A stretch of DNA of 64,000 nt from Escherichia coli (GCF_016903815.1 NZ_CP069973.1), one strand, 5' to 3'. Positions 1-11,494 are shown, counted from the stretch's first letter. The notes: generated by a model from the letters alone, not told the origin. A program made the numbers and translations.

Positions 1-1331
1 TCGATCCAGTGTTTTTTCTTCGCCGCCAGTTCGCTGTTGGTGGCGATTTTCACCGTCGGTACAAAGCCGCCGTATGGCGTGCCGCGACCAGTACTGAACA
101 GCACCATATGGCAGCCCGCACCCGCCAGGGCGCTGGTCGCTACGGCATCGTTACCTGGCGCACTTAACAAGTTCAGCCCCGGCGTTTTCAGACGCTCGCC
201 GTAACGCAGCACGTCAACCACGACACTGGAACCGGCTTTCTGGGTACAGCCAAGTGATTTGTCTTCCAGCGTGGTGATACCACCCGCTTTGTTCCCCGGT
301 GATGGGTTTTCGTAAATCGGCTGGTCATGGGCAATAAAGTACTGCTTGAAGTCATTGACCATGGTGACCAGTTTTTCAAACGTTGCTTCGTCACGACAAT
401 GGTCCATCAGCAACTGCTCTGCGCCAAACATCTCCGGCACTTCGGTCAGTACGGTAGTACCGCCGTTAGCAATCACGTAGTCAGAGAAACGCCCCAGCAT
501 CGGGTTAGCAGTAATACCAGAAAGACCGTCAGAACCACCGCACTCCAGACCAAACTTCAGTTCGCTGAGTTTGCCTGGCTCGCGCTTGTCGTTGCGCATC
601 ACGTTATACAGCTGATGCAGATGCTCGATCCCGGCTTCGATCTCATCATCCTGCTGTTGGCAGATCATGAAATGAACGCGTTCAGGATCGATATCGCCCA
701 GCGTTTCACGGAATGCGGCAACCTGGTTGTTTTCACAACCCAGGCCAATCACCAGCACTGCGCCCGCGTTCGGGTGGCGCACCATATTTTGCAGCATGGT
801 GCGGGTATTGATGTGATCGTCGCCCAGCTGCGAGCAGCCGTAGGTGTGGCTGAAGAGGAATACGCCGTCAGTACCTTCGGCGTTGTTGGTCTCTTTCAGG
901 AAACGGTTCTGGATCTGCCGCGCGATGCCGTTAACACAGCCCACGGTTGGCAGGATCCAGAGCTCATTGCGCACCCCGACATCGCCGTTAGCGCGACGAT
1001 AGATCTGCACTTCACGATCTGCCGCTTGCGCAGGCAGATCCTGAAAATCAGGTTGATAGCGATACTGATCCAAATCGCTCAGATTCGTGCGCGTATTGTG
1101 GGCGTGGACGTGTTCCCCCGCCGCAATATCCGCCAATGCATAACCAATCGGCAGGCCATATTTGATGACGTTGGCCCCTTTTGCGATATCCGTTAACGCA
1201 AATTTATGTCCACGAGCAACATCCTGGCGCAGCGTAACAGTCTGGTTATCGACACTGACTTCTGTGCCTTCAGCCAAATCCGCTAAAGCGACCGCGACGT
1301 TATCCAGCGCATGGATCTTGATGTATTGCAT
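1..1331 (-). CDS. uxaA: altronate dehydratase (partial; C-terminal end beyond window start)
   Basis: Minus-strand frame open from ATG at 1329-1331 to window edge; translation begins MQYIKIHALDNVAVALADLAEG..., recognised as UxaA; not in ORF track because no stop in window. Confidence 0.9.
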   Translation of the reverse strand, partial: MQYIKIHALDNVAVALADLAEGTEVSVDNQTVTLRQDVARGHKFALTDIAKGANVIKYGLPIGYALADIAAGEHVHAHNTRTNLSDLDQYRYQPDFQDLPAQAADREVQIYRRANGDVGVRNELWILPTVGCVNGIARQIQNRFLKETNNAEGTDGVFLFSHTYGCSQLGDDHINTRTMLQNMVRHPNAGAVLVIGLGCENNQVAAFRETLGDIDPERVHFMICQQQDDEIEAGIEHLHQLYNVMRNDKREPGKLSELKFGLECGGSDGLSGITANPMLGRFSDYVIANGGTTVLTEVPEMFGAEQLLMDHCRDEATFEKLVTMVNDFKQYFIAHDQPIYENPSPGNKAGGITTLEDKSLGCTQKAGSSVVVDVLRYGERLKTPGLNLLSAPGNDAVATSALAGAGCHMVLFSTGRGTPYGGFVPTVKIATNSELAAKKKHWI

Positions 1332-1345
1332 ATCAACCCCAGACC

Positions 1346-2860
<1,515 letters not shown>

Positions 2861-3240
2861 TCAATAAACGTAGTTAAAAAAATTACTCTCAAAGTGGTAA
2901 ATCTCGCTGCAGGCCGCGCCAGTACTGGCCTCGCTGTCGTCAGGTAATGTCCCTACAAATATTCCCACATTTGTGATGGCTCTCACCTTTTAAAGTTGTA
3001 TGACAAGTTATCTTTCTGCCGTCGCAAATCATAAGTCGACGGAATGCAAATTGCCGATTCATTCATTTGTTAGATGAATCGGGTTAACCGGTACGGAAGC
3101 CGAATTAGCACGAAACTTTCATGGCAACGTTCGGGGCGTGCCGGTTTTTTTTCGGTTACCCGGTCGTAACTAACATCTTCAGCCTCTGGCGGGATGATGG
3201 CCGCGCTTCCTGCGGATATAACAAAACGATGAGGTTTTAC

Positions 3241-4539
3241 ATGCGTAAAATTAAAGGGTTACGTTGGTATATGATCGCACTGGTGACGCTCGGCACCGTG
3301 CTTGGTTACCTGACGCGTAACACTGTGGCGGCAGCTGCGCCAACTCTGATGGAAGAGTTAAACATCTCCACCCAACAGTATTCCTATATCATCGCAGCCT
3401 ATTCTGCTGCTTATACGGTCATGCAACCGGTAGCAGGTTATGTACTGGATGTGCTGGGTACGAAAATCGGTTATGCAATGTTTGCTGTGCTGTGGGCCGT
3501 GTTCTGTGGTGCAACCGCGCTGGCAGGTAGCTGGGGCGGCCTGGCTGTTGCTCGTGGTGCGGTCGGTGCCGCGGAAGCAGCGATGATCCCGGCGGGTCTG
3601 AAAGCCAGCTCCGAATGGTTCCCGGCGAAAGAGCGTTCCATCGCGGTAGGTTACTTTAACGTAGGTTCTTCTATTGGTGCGATGATTGCACCGCCGCTGG
3701 TGGTATGGGCAATCGTAATGCACAGCTGGCAGATGGCATTTATCATCTCCGGTGCGTTGAGCTTTATCTGGGCAATGGCATGGCTGATTTTCTATAAACA
3801 TCCGCGCGACCAGAAGCATCTGACCGATGAAGAACGCGACTACATTATTAATGGTCAGGAAGCCCAGCACCAGGTTGACACAGCGAAGAAAATGTCCGTT
3901 GGTCAGATCCTGCGTAACCGTCAGTTCTGGGGTATCGCGCTGCCGCGCTTCCTGGCAGAACCGGCATGGGGTACTTTTAACGCGTGGATCCCGCTGTTCA
4001 TGTTTAAAGTTTACGGCTTTAACCTGAAAGAGATCGCGATGTTTGCCTGGATGCCGATGCTATTTGCTGACCTCGGTTGTATCCTCGGTGGTTACCTGCC
4101 GCCGCTGTTCCAGCGTTGGTTTGGTGTGAACCTGATCGTTTCCCGTAAGATGGTCGTAACGCTGGGTGCTGTGCTGATGATTGGCCCGGGTATGATCGGT
4201 CTGTTCACCAACCCGTATGTCGCGATTATGCTGCTGTGTATCGGTGGTTTTGCTCACCAGGCACTGTCTGGCGCGCTGATTACGCTCTCTTCTGACGTGT
4301 TCGGTCGTAACGAAGTGGCGACGGCGAACGGTTTAACCGGGATGTCCGCATGGCTGGCAAGTACGCTGTTTGCACTGGTAGTCGGTGCACTGGCTGACAC
4401 CATCGGCTTCAGCCCGCTGTTCGCAGTTCTGGCAGTGTTCGACCTGTTAGGTGCACTGGTTATCTGGACCGTGTTGCAGAACAAACCGGCGATTGAGGTG
4501 GCGCAGGAATCACATAACGATCCCGCACCGCAACATTAA
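3241..4539 (+). CDS. exuT: hexuronate (aldohexuronate) MFS transporter
   Basis: ORF 3121..4539; 432-aa product from MRKIKGLRWYMIALVTLG...; multi-TM MFS protein recognised as ExuT. Confidence 0.9.
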   Translation: MRKIKGLRWYMIALVTLGTVLGYLTRNTVAAAAPTLMEELNISTQQYSYIIAAYSAAYTVMQPVAGYVLDVLGTKIGYAMFAVLWAVFCGATALAGSWGGLAVARGAVGAAEAAMIPAGLKASSEWFPAKERSIAVGYFNVGSSIGAMIAPPLVVWAIVMHSWQMAFIISGALSFIWAMAWLIFYKHPRDQKHLTDEERDYIINGQEAQHQVDTAKKMSVGQILRNRQFWGIALPRFLAEPAWGTFNAWIPLFMFKVYGFNLKEIAMFAWMPMLFADLGCILGGYLPPLFQRWFGVNLIVSRKMVVTLGAVLMIGPGMIGLFTNPYVAIMLLCIGGFAHQALSGALITLSSDVFGRNEVATANGLTGMSAWLASTLFALVVGALADTIGFSPLFAVLAVFDLLGALVIWTVLQNKPAIEVAQESHNDPAPQH

Positions 4540-4668
4540 GGCTTCGTGTAAGTTTTAGTTTCCCTTCAAAGCCGCCTTCTCAGGCGGCTTTTTCATCACT
4601 GTGAGTAGAGCTAAACTCGCAAAAGTGGTATAACAAATATAGTCTGCCGTATCATGCCTGGAGCGCAT

Positions 4669-5445
4669 ATGGAAATCACTGAACCACGCCGTTTGTATCA
4701 ACAACTTGCCGCTGATCTGAAAGAGCGCATCGAACAGGGCGTCTATCTGGTGGGTGATAAACTGCCTGCTGAGCGCTTTATTGCCGATGAAAAAAACGTC
4801 AGCCGCACCGTGGTTCGTGAAGCCATCATCATGCTGGAAGTTGAAGGCTATGTCGAAGTGCGTAAAGGTTCAGGTATTCATGTGGTTTCCAACCAGCCGC
4901 GCCATCAGCAGGCGGCTGACAATAATATGGAATTCGCCAATTACGGTCCGTTTGAGTTGCTTCAGGCTCGCCAGCTCATCGAAAGTAATATTGCCGAATT
5001 CGCGGCAACTCAGGTAACGAAACAGGACATCATGAAACTGATGGCCATCCAGGAGCAGGCGCGCGGCGAACAATGCTTCCGTGATTCCGAGTGGGATTTG
5101 CAGTTCCACATTCAGGTAGCCCTGGCGACGCAGAACTCCGCCCTGGCGGCTATCGTTGAAAAAATGTGGACCCAGCGTAGTCATAACCCGTACTGGAAAA
5201 AACTGCACGAACACATTGATGCCCGTACCGTCGATAACTGGTGTGATGACCACGATCAAATCCTCAAGGCGCTGATTCGCAAAGATCCTCATGCTGCTAA
5301 GCTGGCAATGTGGCAGCATCTGGAAAACACCAAAATCATGTTATTTAACGAAACCAGCGACGATTTCGAGTTCAATGCCGACCGCTATCTGTTCGCAGAA
5401 AACCCGGTTGTGCATCTCGATACGGCCACCAGCGGCAGCAAATGA
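4669..5445 (+). CDS. exuR: GntR-family repressor of hexuronate regulon
   Basis: ORF 4654..5445; [24 protein letters not shown]... (258 aa) recognised as ExuR. Confidence 0.9.
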   Translation: MEITEPRRLYQQLAADLKERIEQGVYLVGDKLPAERFIADEKNVSRTVVREAIIMLEVEGYVEVRKGSGIHVVSNQPRHQQAADNNMEFANYGPFELLQARQLIESNIAEFAATQVTKQDIMKLMAIQEQARGEQCFRDSEWDLQFHIQVALATQNSALAAIVEKMWTQRSHNPYWKKLHEHIDARTVDNWCDDHDQILKALIRKDPHAAKLAMWQHLENTKIMLFNETSDDFEFNADRYLFAENPVVHLDTATSGSK

Positions 5446-5457
5446 AATTTCCATCCG

Positions 5458-5486
5458 ACAGGCGCTGCAATGCGCCTGTTTGCTTC
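5458..5486 (+). terminator. putative intrinsic terminator downstream of exuR
   Basis: Inverted repeat acaggcgc/gcgcctgt followed by T-rich tract directly after exuR stop. Confidence 0.45.
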
Positions 5487-5789
5487 GTCGGTAAGCGAAA
5501 AGTATAAAGTGTCAGCCTGTGTAAATCCTCTCGCCACCCTCCCCTGCAATCAGCAAAATCAGACTCTACGGACATGTAATTTTGATAACGAACAACGTTG
5601 ACCTTTGTTACAATTAGATTCAATTTGAATTTATGCTTTTGAATGCTTTCTTATCTCACGATTTAACAGGGAATAGTTCAGGCTGTGTTGATGTATCAAA
5701 CCCGCAAAACATACCAAAACAGCAATAACATTGCGGTAGTGCATCTTTTAAAACCAGCGTGGCGTTAACCGATTCACCAGGAATAATGA

Positions 5790-6452
5790 ATGGAACTTTT
5801 GACCCAATTGCTGCAAGCCCTGTGGGCGCAGGATTTTGAAACCCTGGCCAATCCGTCGATGATTGGCATGTTGTATTTTGTCTTGTTTGTAATTTTGTTC
5901 CTTGAAAACGGCTTGCTTCCGGCGGCCTTTTTACCGGGCGACAGTTTACTGGTGTTGGTCGGCGTATTGATTGCGAAAGGCGCGATGGGCTATCCGCAAA
6001 CGATTCTGCTGCTGACCGTTGCCGCCAGCCTCGGTTGCTGGGTCAGCTATATTCAGGGGCGATGGCTGGGCAATACCCGCACAGTACAAAACTGGCTATC
6101 TCATTTACCCGCGCATTATCATCAACGCGCACACCATCTTTTTCATAAACACGGTTTATCGGCGCTGTTAATTGGTCGCTTTATTGCATTTGTCAGAACA
6201 CTACTGCCGACGATTGCCGGATTATCAGGGCTGAATAACGCGCGCTTTCAGTTCTTCAACTGGATGAGCGGTCTGCTGTGGGTATTGATCCTGACAACTC
6301 TGGGTTACATGCTCGGCAAAACGCCGGTATTTTTAAAGTACGAGGACCAGCTGATGTCATGCCTGATGCTGCTCCCGGTGGTGCTGCTGGTGTTTGGCCT
6401 GGCAGGTTCTCTGGTCGTGTTATGGAAAAAGAAATATGGAAATCGGGGGTAA
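5790..6452 (+). CDS. yqjA: DedA-family inner membrane protein
   Basis: 220-aa hydrophobic [25 protein letters not shown]... recognised as YqjA. Confidence 0.9.
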   Translation: MELLTQLLQALWAQDFETLANPSMIGMLYFVLFVILFLENGLLPAAFLPGDSLLVLVGVLIAKGAMGYPQTILLLTVAASLGCWVSYIQGRWLGNTRTVQNWLSHLPAHYHQRAHHLFHKHGLSALLIGRFIAFVRTLLPTIAGLSGLNNARFQFFNWMSGLLWVLILTTLGYMLGKTPVFLKYEDQLMSCLMLLPVVLLVFGLAGSLVVLWKKKYGNRG

Positions 6453-6455
6453 GGG

Positions 6456-6839
6456 ATGCAAATACCTCGCATGTCGCTTCGCCAGCTAGCCTGGTCCGGC
6501 GCTGTTTTACTTCTGGTCGGCACACTGTTGCTGGCCTGGTCCGCGGTTCGCCAGCAAGAGTCTACGCTGGCGATTCGTGCCGTTCATCAAGGGACAACGA
6601 TGCCAGACGGTTTTTCAATCTGGCATCACCTTGACGCTCACGGCATTCCTTTCAAAAGTATCACCCCCAAAAATGACACTCTGTTAATTACCTTTGACTC
6701 CAGCGACCAGAGTGCCGCCGCAAAAGCGGTCCTCGACAGAACATTGCCCCATGGCTACATCATCGCGCAGCAGGACAATAATAGTCAGGCTATGCAGTGG
6801 CTGACCCGGTTGCGGGATAACTCTCATCGCTTCGGATAA
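6456..6839 (+). CDS. mzrA: modulator of EnvZ/OmpR two-component system
   Basis: 127-aa [25 protein letters not shown]... recognised as MzrA (YqjB); 3-bp spacing to yqjA. Confidence 0.88.
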   Translation: MQIPRMSLRQLAWSGAVLLLVGTLLLAWSAVRQQESTLAIRAVHQGTTMPDGFSIWHHLDAHGIPFKSITPKNDTLLITFDSSDQSAAAKAVLDRTLPHGYIIAQQDNNSQAMQWLTRLRDNSHRFG

Positions 6840-6985
6840 CTTCCTGTTATCCGAAACATATCACTGACTTTGGTGATTTCACCGTAACTGTCTATGATTA
6901 ATGAGGCGGTGGTTAACACTACCGCTTCGTTGTCTGGACAATCGTTCCTTTGTAATAGGTCCGAATCACAATGGAAGGTTCAAGA

Positions 6986-7354
6986 ATGAAATACCGCATC
7001 GCTTTAGCTGTTTCTCTCTTTGCTCTTAGTGCCGGTAGTTATGCCACTACCCTGTGTCAGGAAAAGGAGCAAAATATCCTTAAGGAGATCAGCTATGCCG
7101 AAAAACACCAAAACCAGAATCGTATTGACGGTCTGAATAAAGCCCTGAGTGAAGTCCGGGCCAACTGTTCAGATAGCCAGCTGCGTGCCGATCATCAGAA
7201 GAAAATCGCAAAGCAGAAAGATGAGGTGGCGGAACGCCAGCAAGATTTAACCGAGGCGAAGCAAAAAGGCGATGCCGATAAGATTGCCAAACGCGAACGG
7301 AAACTGGCAGAAGCGCAGGAAGAGCTGAAAAAGCTGGAAGCGCGCGACTACTAA
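6986..7354 (+). CDS. yqjC: DUF1090 periplasmic coiled-coil protein
   Basis: ORF 6971..7354; signal peptide MKYRIALAVSLFALSAGSYA then charged coiled-coil; matches YqjC (122 aa). Confidence 0.85.
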   Translation: MKYRIALAVSLFALSAGSYATTLCQEKEQNILKEISYAEKHQNQNRIDGLNKALSEVRANCSDSQLRADHQKKIAKQKDEVAERQQDLTEAKQKGDADKIAKRERKLAEAQEELKKLEARDY

Positions 7355-7391
7355 CTCACAATAGTCACTACTTACTCACCTGGAGAAAACT

Positions 7392-7697
7392 ATGTCGAAA
7401 GAACACACTACGGAACATCTGCGTGCTGAGTTGAAATCCCTTTCCGATACGCTGGAAGAGGTGCTTAGCTCATCTGGCGAGAAGTCGAAAGAAGAGTTGA
7501 GTAAGATTCGTAGCAAAGCGGAGCAGGCACTGAAACAGAGCCGTTATCGCCTGGGTGAAACCGGTGATGCCATCGCCAAACAAACCCGTGTCGCGGCGGC
7601 GCGTGCCGATGAGTATGTGCGTGAAAATCCATGGACGGGCGTGGGCATTGGCGCTGCAATCGGTGTAGTGCTCGGCGTTCTGCTATCGCGTCGTTAA
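7392..7697 (+). CDS. yqjD: membrane-anchored ribosome-binding protein (ElaB/YgaM/YqjD family)
   Basis: 101-aa ORF MSKEHTTEHLRAELKSLSDTLEEV... with C-terminal TM helix; recognised as YqjD. Confidence 0.9.
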   Translation: MSKEHTTEHLRAELKSLSDTLEEVLSSSGEKSKEELSKIRSKAEQALKQSRYRLGETGDAIAKQTRVAAARADEYVRENPWTGVGIGAAIGVVLGVLLSRR

Positions 7698-7699
7698 TT

Positions 7700-8104
7700 A
7701 TGGCGGACACTCATCACGCGCAAGGGCCCGGTAAAAGCGTTCTGGGCATCGGGCAGCGAATTGTTTCCATCATGGTTGAAATGGTGGAAACACGTCTGCG
7801 GCTGGCGGTGGTGGAGCTGGAAGAGGAAAAAGCGAATCTCTTTCAACTTTTACTGATGCTGGGCCTGACGATGCTTTTCGCTGCATTTGGTCTTATGAGC
7901 CTGATGGTGCTGATTATTTGGGCGGTTGATCCGCAATATCGCCTGAATGCGATGATTGCCACCACCGTGGTGTTGCTGCTACTGGCACTGATTGGCGGTA
8001 TCTGGACGTTACGTAAATCGCGTAAATCCACCTTGCTGCGCCATACACGCCATGAGCTGGCAAACGATCGGCAGCTGCTCGAGGAGGAGTCCCGTGAGCA
8101 GTAA
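7700..8104 (+). CDS. yqjE: inner membrane protein (DUF1469)
   Basis: ORF 7631..8104; MADTHHAQGPGKSVLGIGQRIV... (134 aa) from ATG at 7700, 2 nt after yqjD stop. Confidence 0.85.
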   Translation: MADTHHAQGPGKSVLGIGQRIVSIMVEMVETRLRLAVVELEEEKANLFQLLLMLGLTMLFAAFGLMSLMVLIIWAVDPQYRLNAMIATTVVLLLLALIGGIWTLRKSRKSTLLRHTRHELANDRQLLEEESREQ

Positions 8105-8393
8105 AGTCGAACGTGAACGACGTAAGGCGCAACTGCTTAGCCAGATCCAGCAACAACGGCTGGATCTTTCTGCCAGTCGTCGTGAATGGCTGGAGGCAAC
8201 AGGCGCTTACGATCGTCGCTGGAATATGCTGCTAAGTCTGCGCTCCTGGGCGCTGGTTGGCAGTAGCGTGATGGCGATCTGGACGATTCGCCATCCTAAT
8301 ATGCTGGTCCGCTGGGCCAGACGCGGTTTTGGCTTATGGAGCGCCTGGCGTCTGGTTAAAACGACCCTCAAGCAGCAACAGCTTCGCGGTTAA
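8094..8393 (+). CDS. yqjK: small membrane protein YqjK
   Basis: ORF 7992..8393; 99-aa product from GTG at 8094 (VSSKVERERRKAQLLSQIQQ...) overlapping yqjE end by 11 nt. Confidence 0.75.
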   Translation: MSSKVERERRKAQLLSQIQQQRLDLSASRREWLEATGAYDRRWNMLLSLRSWALVGSSVMAIWTIRHPNMLVRWARRGFGLWSAWRLVKTTLKQQQLRG

Positions 8394-8576
8394 TAACCTC
8401 TCTGGCCGGAGCCATTCCGGCCTTATCCCTCAAATTTTTTGAAGATTTTTGACAGTTTTCCTTGCTAACAATCATCATTCACCACGTTTATGATTCTCTC
8501 CATCGACAGCAACGACGCTAATACCGCGCCCTTGCACAAAAAAACAATCAGCAGCCTGAGTGGCGCAGTGGAGAGT

Positions 8577-8972
8577 ATGATGAAAAAATTAGAAGATGTT
8601 GGTGTACTGGTAGCGCGCATTTTAATGCCGATTCTGTTTATTACCGCAGGCTGGGGAAAAATTACTGGCTACGCGGGTACCCAACAATATATGGAAGCGA
8701 TGGGTGTCCCAGGCTTTATGCTGCCGCTGGTGATTCTGCTTGAGTTTGGTGGTGGTCTGGCAATCCTGTTCGGTTTCCTGACTCGCACCACAGCCCTGTT
8801 TACTGCGGGCTTTACGCTGCTGACGGCATTTTTATTTCACAGCAACTTTGCTGAAGGCGTCAACTCGCTGATGTTCATGAAAAACCTGACAATTTCTGGC
8901 GGATTCCTGCTGCTGGCAATTACCGGTCCGGGCGCGTATAGCATCGACCGCCTGCTGAATAAAAAGTGGTAA
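8577..8972 (+). CDS. yqjF: DoxX-family inner membrane protein
   Basis: ORF 8490..8972; MMKKLEDVGVLVARILMPILF... recognised as YqjF; start may be 8580. Confidence 0.85.
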   Translation: MMKKLEDVGVLVARILMPILFITAGWGKITGYAGTQQYMEAMGVPGFMLPLVILLEFGGGLAILFGFLTRTTALFTAGFTLLTAFLFHSNFAEGVNSLMFMKNLTISGGFLLLAITGPGAYSIDRLLNKKW

Positions 8973-9041
8973 GCACGCGCTATACTTAACGATAAAAAAC
9001 GAGGAGGAAGCTCCTCGTTTTTGCTATTGGAGGAGAGAAAT

Positions 9042-10028
9042 ATGGGTCAACTGATTGACGGCGTCTGGCATGACACCTGGTACGATACCAAATCTACCGG
9101 CGGTAAATTTCAACGTTCAGCTTCCGCATTTCGTAACTGGCTCACTGCCGATGGCGCGCCAGGCCCCACTGGCACAGGCGGTTTTATCGCAGAGAAAGAT
9201 CGTTATCATCTCTATGTTTCACTCGCCTGCCCGTGGGCGCACCGCACGCTGATCATGCGTAAACTCAAAGGACTGGAACCGTTTATTTCCGTTTCCGTAG
9301 TGAACCCGCTGATGCTGGAAAACGGCTGGACCTTTGATGACAGTTTTCCGGGTGCAACCGGCGATACACTCTATCAACATGAATTTCTGTATCAGCTTTA
9401 TCTCCACGCCGATCCACACTACAGCGGACGAGTTACTGTTCCCGTACTCTGGGACAAAAAGAACCACACCATCGTCAGCAACGAATCAGCGGAAATCATC
9501 CGCATGTTCAATACCGCGTTTGATGCGCTGGGCGCGAAAGCGGGTGATTACTACCCACCAGCCCTGCAAACGAAAATTGACGAACTTAACGGCTGGATTT
9601 ATGACACCGTTAACAATGGCGTGTATAAAGCCGGTTTTGCCACCAGCCAGCAAGCCTACGACGAGGCGGTAGTGAAAGTGTTTGAATCGCTGGCGCGACT
9701 GGAGCAGATTTTAGGCCAGCATCGTTACCTGACCGGCAACCAGCTAACCGAAGCCGATATTCGCCTGTGGACCACGCTGGTGCGTTTTGATCCGGTGTAT
9801 GTCACCCACTTCAAGTGTGATAAGCACCGCATCAGCGATTACCTGAATCTGTATGGCTTCCTGCGCGATATCTACCAGATGCCGGGGATCGCCGAAACAG
9901 TCAATTTCGATCACATCCGTAATCACTACTTCCGCAGCCATAAGACCATCAACCCTACGGGGATTATTTCAATTGGTCCGTGGCAGGATCTCGATGAACC
10001 GCATGGTCGAGATGTTCGCTTCGGTTAA
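9042..10028 (+). CDS. yqjG: glutathionyl-hydroquinone reductase (Xi-class GST)
   Basis: ORF 9021..10028; MGQLIDGVWHDTWYDTKSTGG... (328 aa), CPWAHR motif; recognised as YqjG. Confidence 0.9.
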   Translation: MGQLIDGVWHDTWYDTKSTGGKFQRSASAFRNWLTADGAPGPTGTGGFIAEKDRYHLYVSLACPWAHRTLIMRKLKGLEPFISVSVVNPLMLENGWTFDDSFPGATGDTLYQHEFLYQLYLHADPHYSGRVTVPVLWDKKNHTIVSNESAEIIRMFNTAFDALGAKAGDYYPPALQTKIDELNGWIYDTVNNGVYKAGFATSQQAYDEAVVKVFESLARLEQILGQHRYLTGNQLTEADIRLWTTLVRFDPVYVTHFKCDKHRISDYLNLYGFLRDIYQMPGIAETVNFDHIRNHYFRSHKTINPTGIISIGPWQDLDEPHGRDVRFG

Positions 10029-10033
10029 AAAAA

Positions 10034-10051
10034 GGCACCTTACGAGGTGCC
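10034..10051 (+). terminator. putative terminator hairpin after yqjG
   Basis: ggcacct-tacg-aggtgcc perfect hairpin preceded by A-run, just after yqjG stop; T-run weak on plus strand. Confidence 0.4.
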
Positions 10052-10079
10052 TCTGATAATTAGCTAAGTGCATGTTGTT

Positions 10080-10185
10080 CATGTCGGATGCGGCGTGAAC
10101 GCCTTATTAAACCCACAAAACGTTTATATTCAATATGTTACAATGACCGCGTAGGCCAGATAAGCGTAGCGCATCTGGCGATTTT
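10080..10185. repeat. REP-like palindromic elements (degenerate)
   Basis: tgtcggatgcggcgtgaacgcctta and gtaggccagataagcgtagcgcatctggcg resemble REP consensus. Confidence 0.5.
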
Positions 10186-10346
10186 GCGCTTGCCCTTATC
10201 CTTCACAGCGCCTTATTAATTCATCGCGATAATATTTACTGCCATTTCATTCACGTCTATTCTTAATTTGCTGCTTTAAAAACAAGTGATTGAGCAAAAT
10301 TGAGGCAAAAATGGACTGGTATCTGAAAGTACTAAAAAATTATGTC

Positions 10347-10354
10347 GGTTTCCG
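10347..10354. repeat. IS1 target-site duplication, left copy (ggtttccg)
   Basis: Identical 8-mer flanks both IS1 ends; a 9th base is ambiguous. Confidence 0.8.
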
Positions 10355-10409
10355 GGTAATGCTGCCAACTTACTGATTTAGTGTATGATGGTGATTTTAA
10401 GGTGCTTGC

Positions 10410-10685
10410 GTGGCTTCCATTTCCATCAGATGTCCTTCCTGCTCCGCTACTGAAGGCGTGGTGCGTAACGGCAAAAGCACTGCCGGACATCAGCGCTATC
10501 TCTGCTCTCATTGCCGTAAAACATGGCAACTACAGTTCACTTACACCGCCTCTCAGCCCGGTACGCACCAGAAAATCATTGATATGGCCATGAATGGCGT
10601 CGGATGTCGCGCCAGTGCACGCATTATGGGCGTTGGCCTCAACACGGTTTTACGTCACTTAAAAAACTCAGGCCGCAGTCGGTAA
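10410..10685 (+). CDS. insA: IS1 InsA (DNA-binding repressor)
   Basis: 91-aa [40 protein letters not shown]... zinc-finger protein of IS1. Confidence 0.93.
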   Translation: MASISIRCPSCSATEGVVRNGKSTAGHQRYLCSHCRKTWQLQFTYTASQPGTHQKIIDMAMNGVGCRASARIMGVGLNTVLRHLKNSGRSR

Positions 10686-11107
10686 CCTCGCGCATACAAC
10701 CGGGCAGTGATGTGATTGTCTGCGCTGAAATGGACGAACAGTGGGGCTACGTCGGTGCTAAATCACGTCAGCGCTGGCTGTTTTACGCGTATGACAGGAT
10801 ACGGAGGACGGTTGTGGCGCACGTCTTCGGTGAACGCACTCTGGCCACACTGGAGCGTCTTCTGAGCCTGCTGTCGGCCTTTGAGGTCGTGGTATGGATG
10901 ACGGATGGCTGGCCGCTGTATGAATCACGCCTGAAGGGAAAGCTGCACGTTATCAGCAAGCGTTACACTCAGCGCATTGAGCGACATAATCTGAATCTGA
11001 GACAACATCTGGCAAGGCTGGGACGGAAGTCACTGTCGTTCTCAAAATCGGTGGAGCTGCATGACAAGGTCATCGGGCATTATCTGAACATAAAACACTA
11101 TCAGTAA
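10604..11107 (+). CDS. insB: IS1 InsB frame (transposase catalytic part, expressed as InsAB' fusion)
   Basis: 167-aa ORF in -1 frame relative to insA; ...[32 protein letters not shown]... Confidence 0.9.
   Translation: MSRQCTHYGRWPQHGFTSLKKLRPQSVTSRIQPGSDVIVCAEMDEQWGYVGAKSRQRWLFYAYDRIRRTVVAHVFGERTLATLERLLSLLSAFEVVVWMTDGWPLYESRLKGKLHVISKRYTQRIERHNLNLRQHLARLGRKSLSFSKSVELHDKVIGHYLNIKHYQ
10652..10658 (+). other. IS1 programmed -1 ribosomal frameshift motif (A6C)
   Basis: ttAAAAAACtc near the 3' end of insA where the insB frame overlaps; known site producing InsAB' transposase. Confidence 0.8.
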
Positions 11108-11122
11108 GTTGGAGTCATTACC

Positions 11123-11130
11123 GGTTTCCG
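11123..11130. repeat. IS1 target-site duplication, right copy (ggtttccg)
   Basis: Matches 10347-10354. Confidence 0.8.
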
Positions 11131-11464
11131 GGGTCGTGCGCGGCGCAAAGAGTACTGGATGTTTATTCTGGTCAACATCATCTTTACGTTCGTGCTGGGG
11201 CTACTGGATAAAATGTTAGGCTGGCAACGTGCCGGTGGCGAAGGCATCCTGACGACAATCTACGGTATTCTGGTGTTTTTACCATGGTGGGCAGTTCAGT
11301 TCCGCCGCCTGCACGACACCGACCGCTCGGCGTGGTGGGCACTGCTATTCTTAATCCCGTTTATCGGCTGGCTTATTATCATCGTCTTTAACTGCCAGGC
11401 GGGTACGCCAGGCGAAAACCGCTTTGGACCTGATCCAAAACTGGAACCTTAAAACAAATCTACT

Positions 11465-11494
11465 CGCCGGATGTCTGACTCATCCGGCTTTTAT
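11465..11494 (+). terminator. intrinsic terminator after yhaH
   Basis: gccggatg-tctgactc-atccggc hairpin followed by ttttatc. Confidence 0.7.

Larger units (their letters stand above)
10355..11122 (+). mobile_element. IS1: IS1-family insertion sequence (768 bp)
   Basis: Terminal inverted repeats ggtaatgctgccaacttactgat ... atcagtaagttggagtcattacc; insA and insB frames; exact 768-bp length; flanking duplication. Confidence 0.95.
10311..11452 (+). pseudogene. yhaH: DUF805 inner membrane protein gene disrupted by IS1 insertion
   Basis: 5' part 10311-10354 (MDWYLKVLKNYVGFR) and 3' part 11131-11452 (GRARRKEYWMFILVN...KLEP) are one continuous 121-codon frame once the 768-bp IS1 and one target-duplication copy are removed. 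Confidence 0.85.

Noticed and set aside
327-1196. 289-aa plus-strand ORF
   Set aside because: Lies entirely antisense to the confidently identified uxaA frame; composition consistent with a shadow ORF of a GC-rich gene.
10381-10593. 70-aa ORF inside IS1
   Set aside because: Alternative frame overlapping insA; IS1 is known to encode only InsA and InsAB'.
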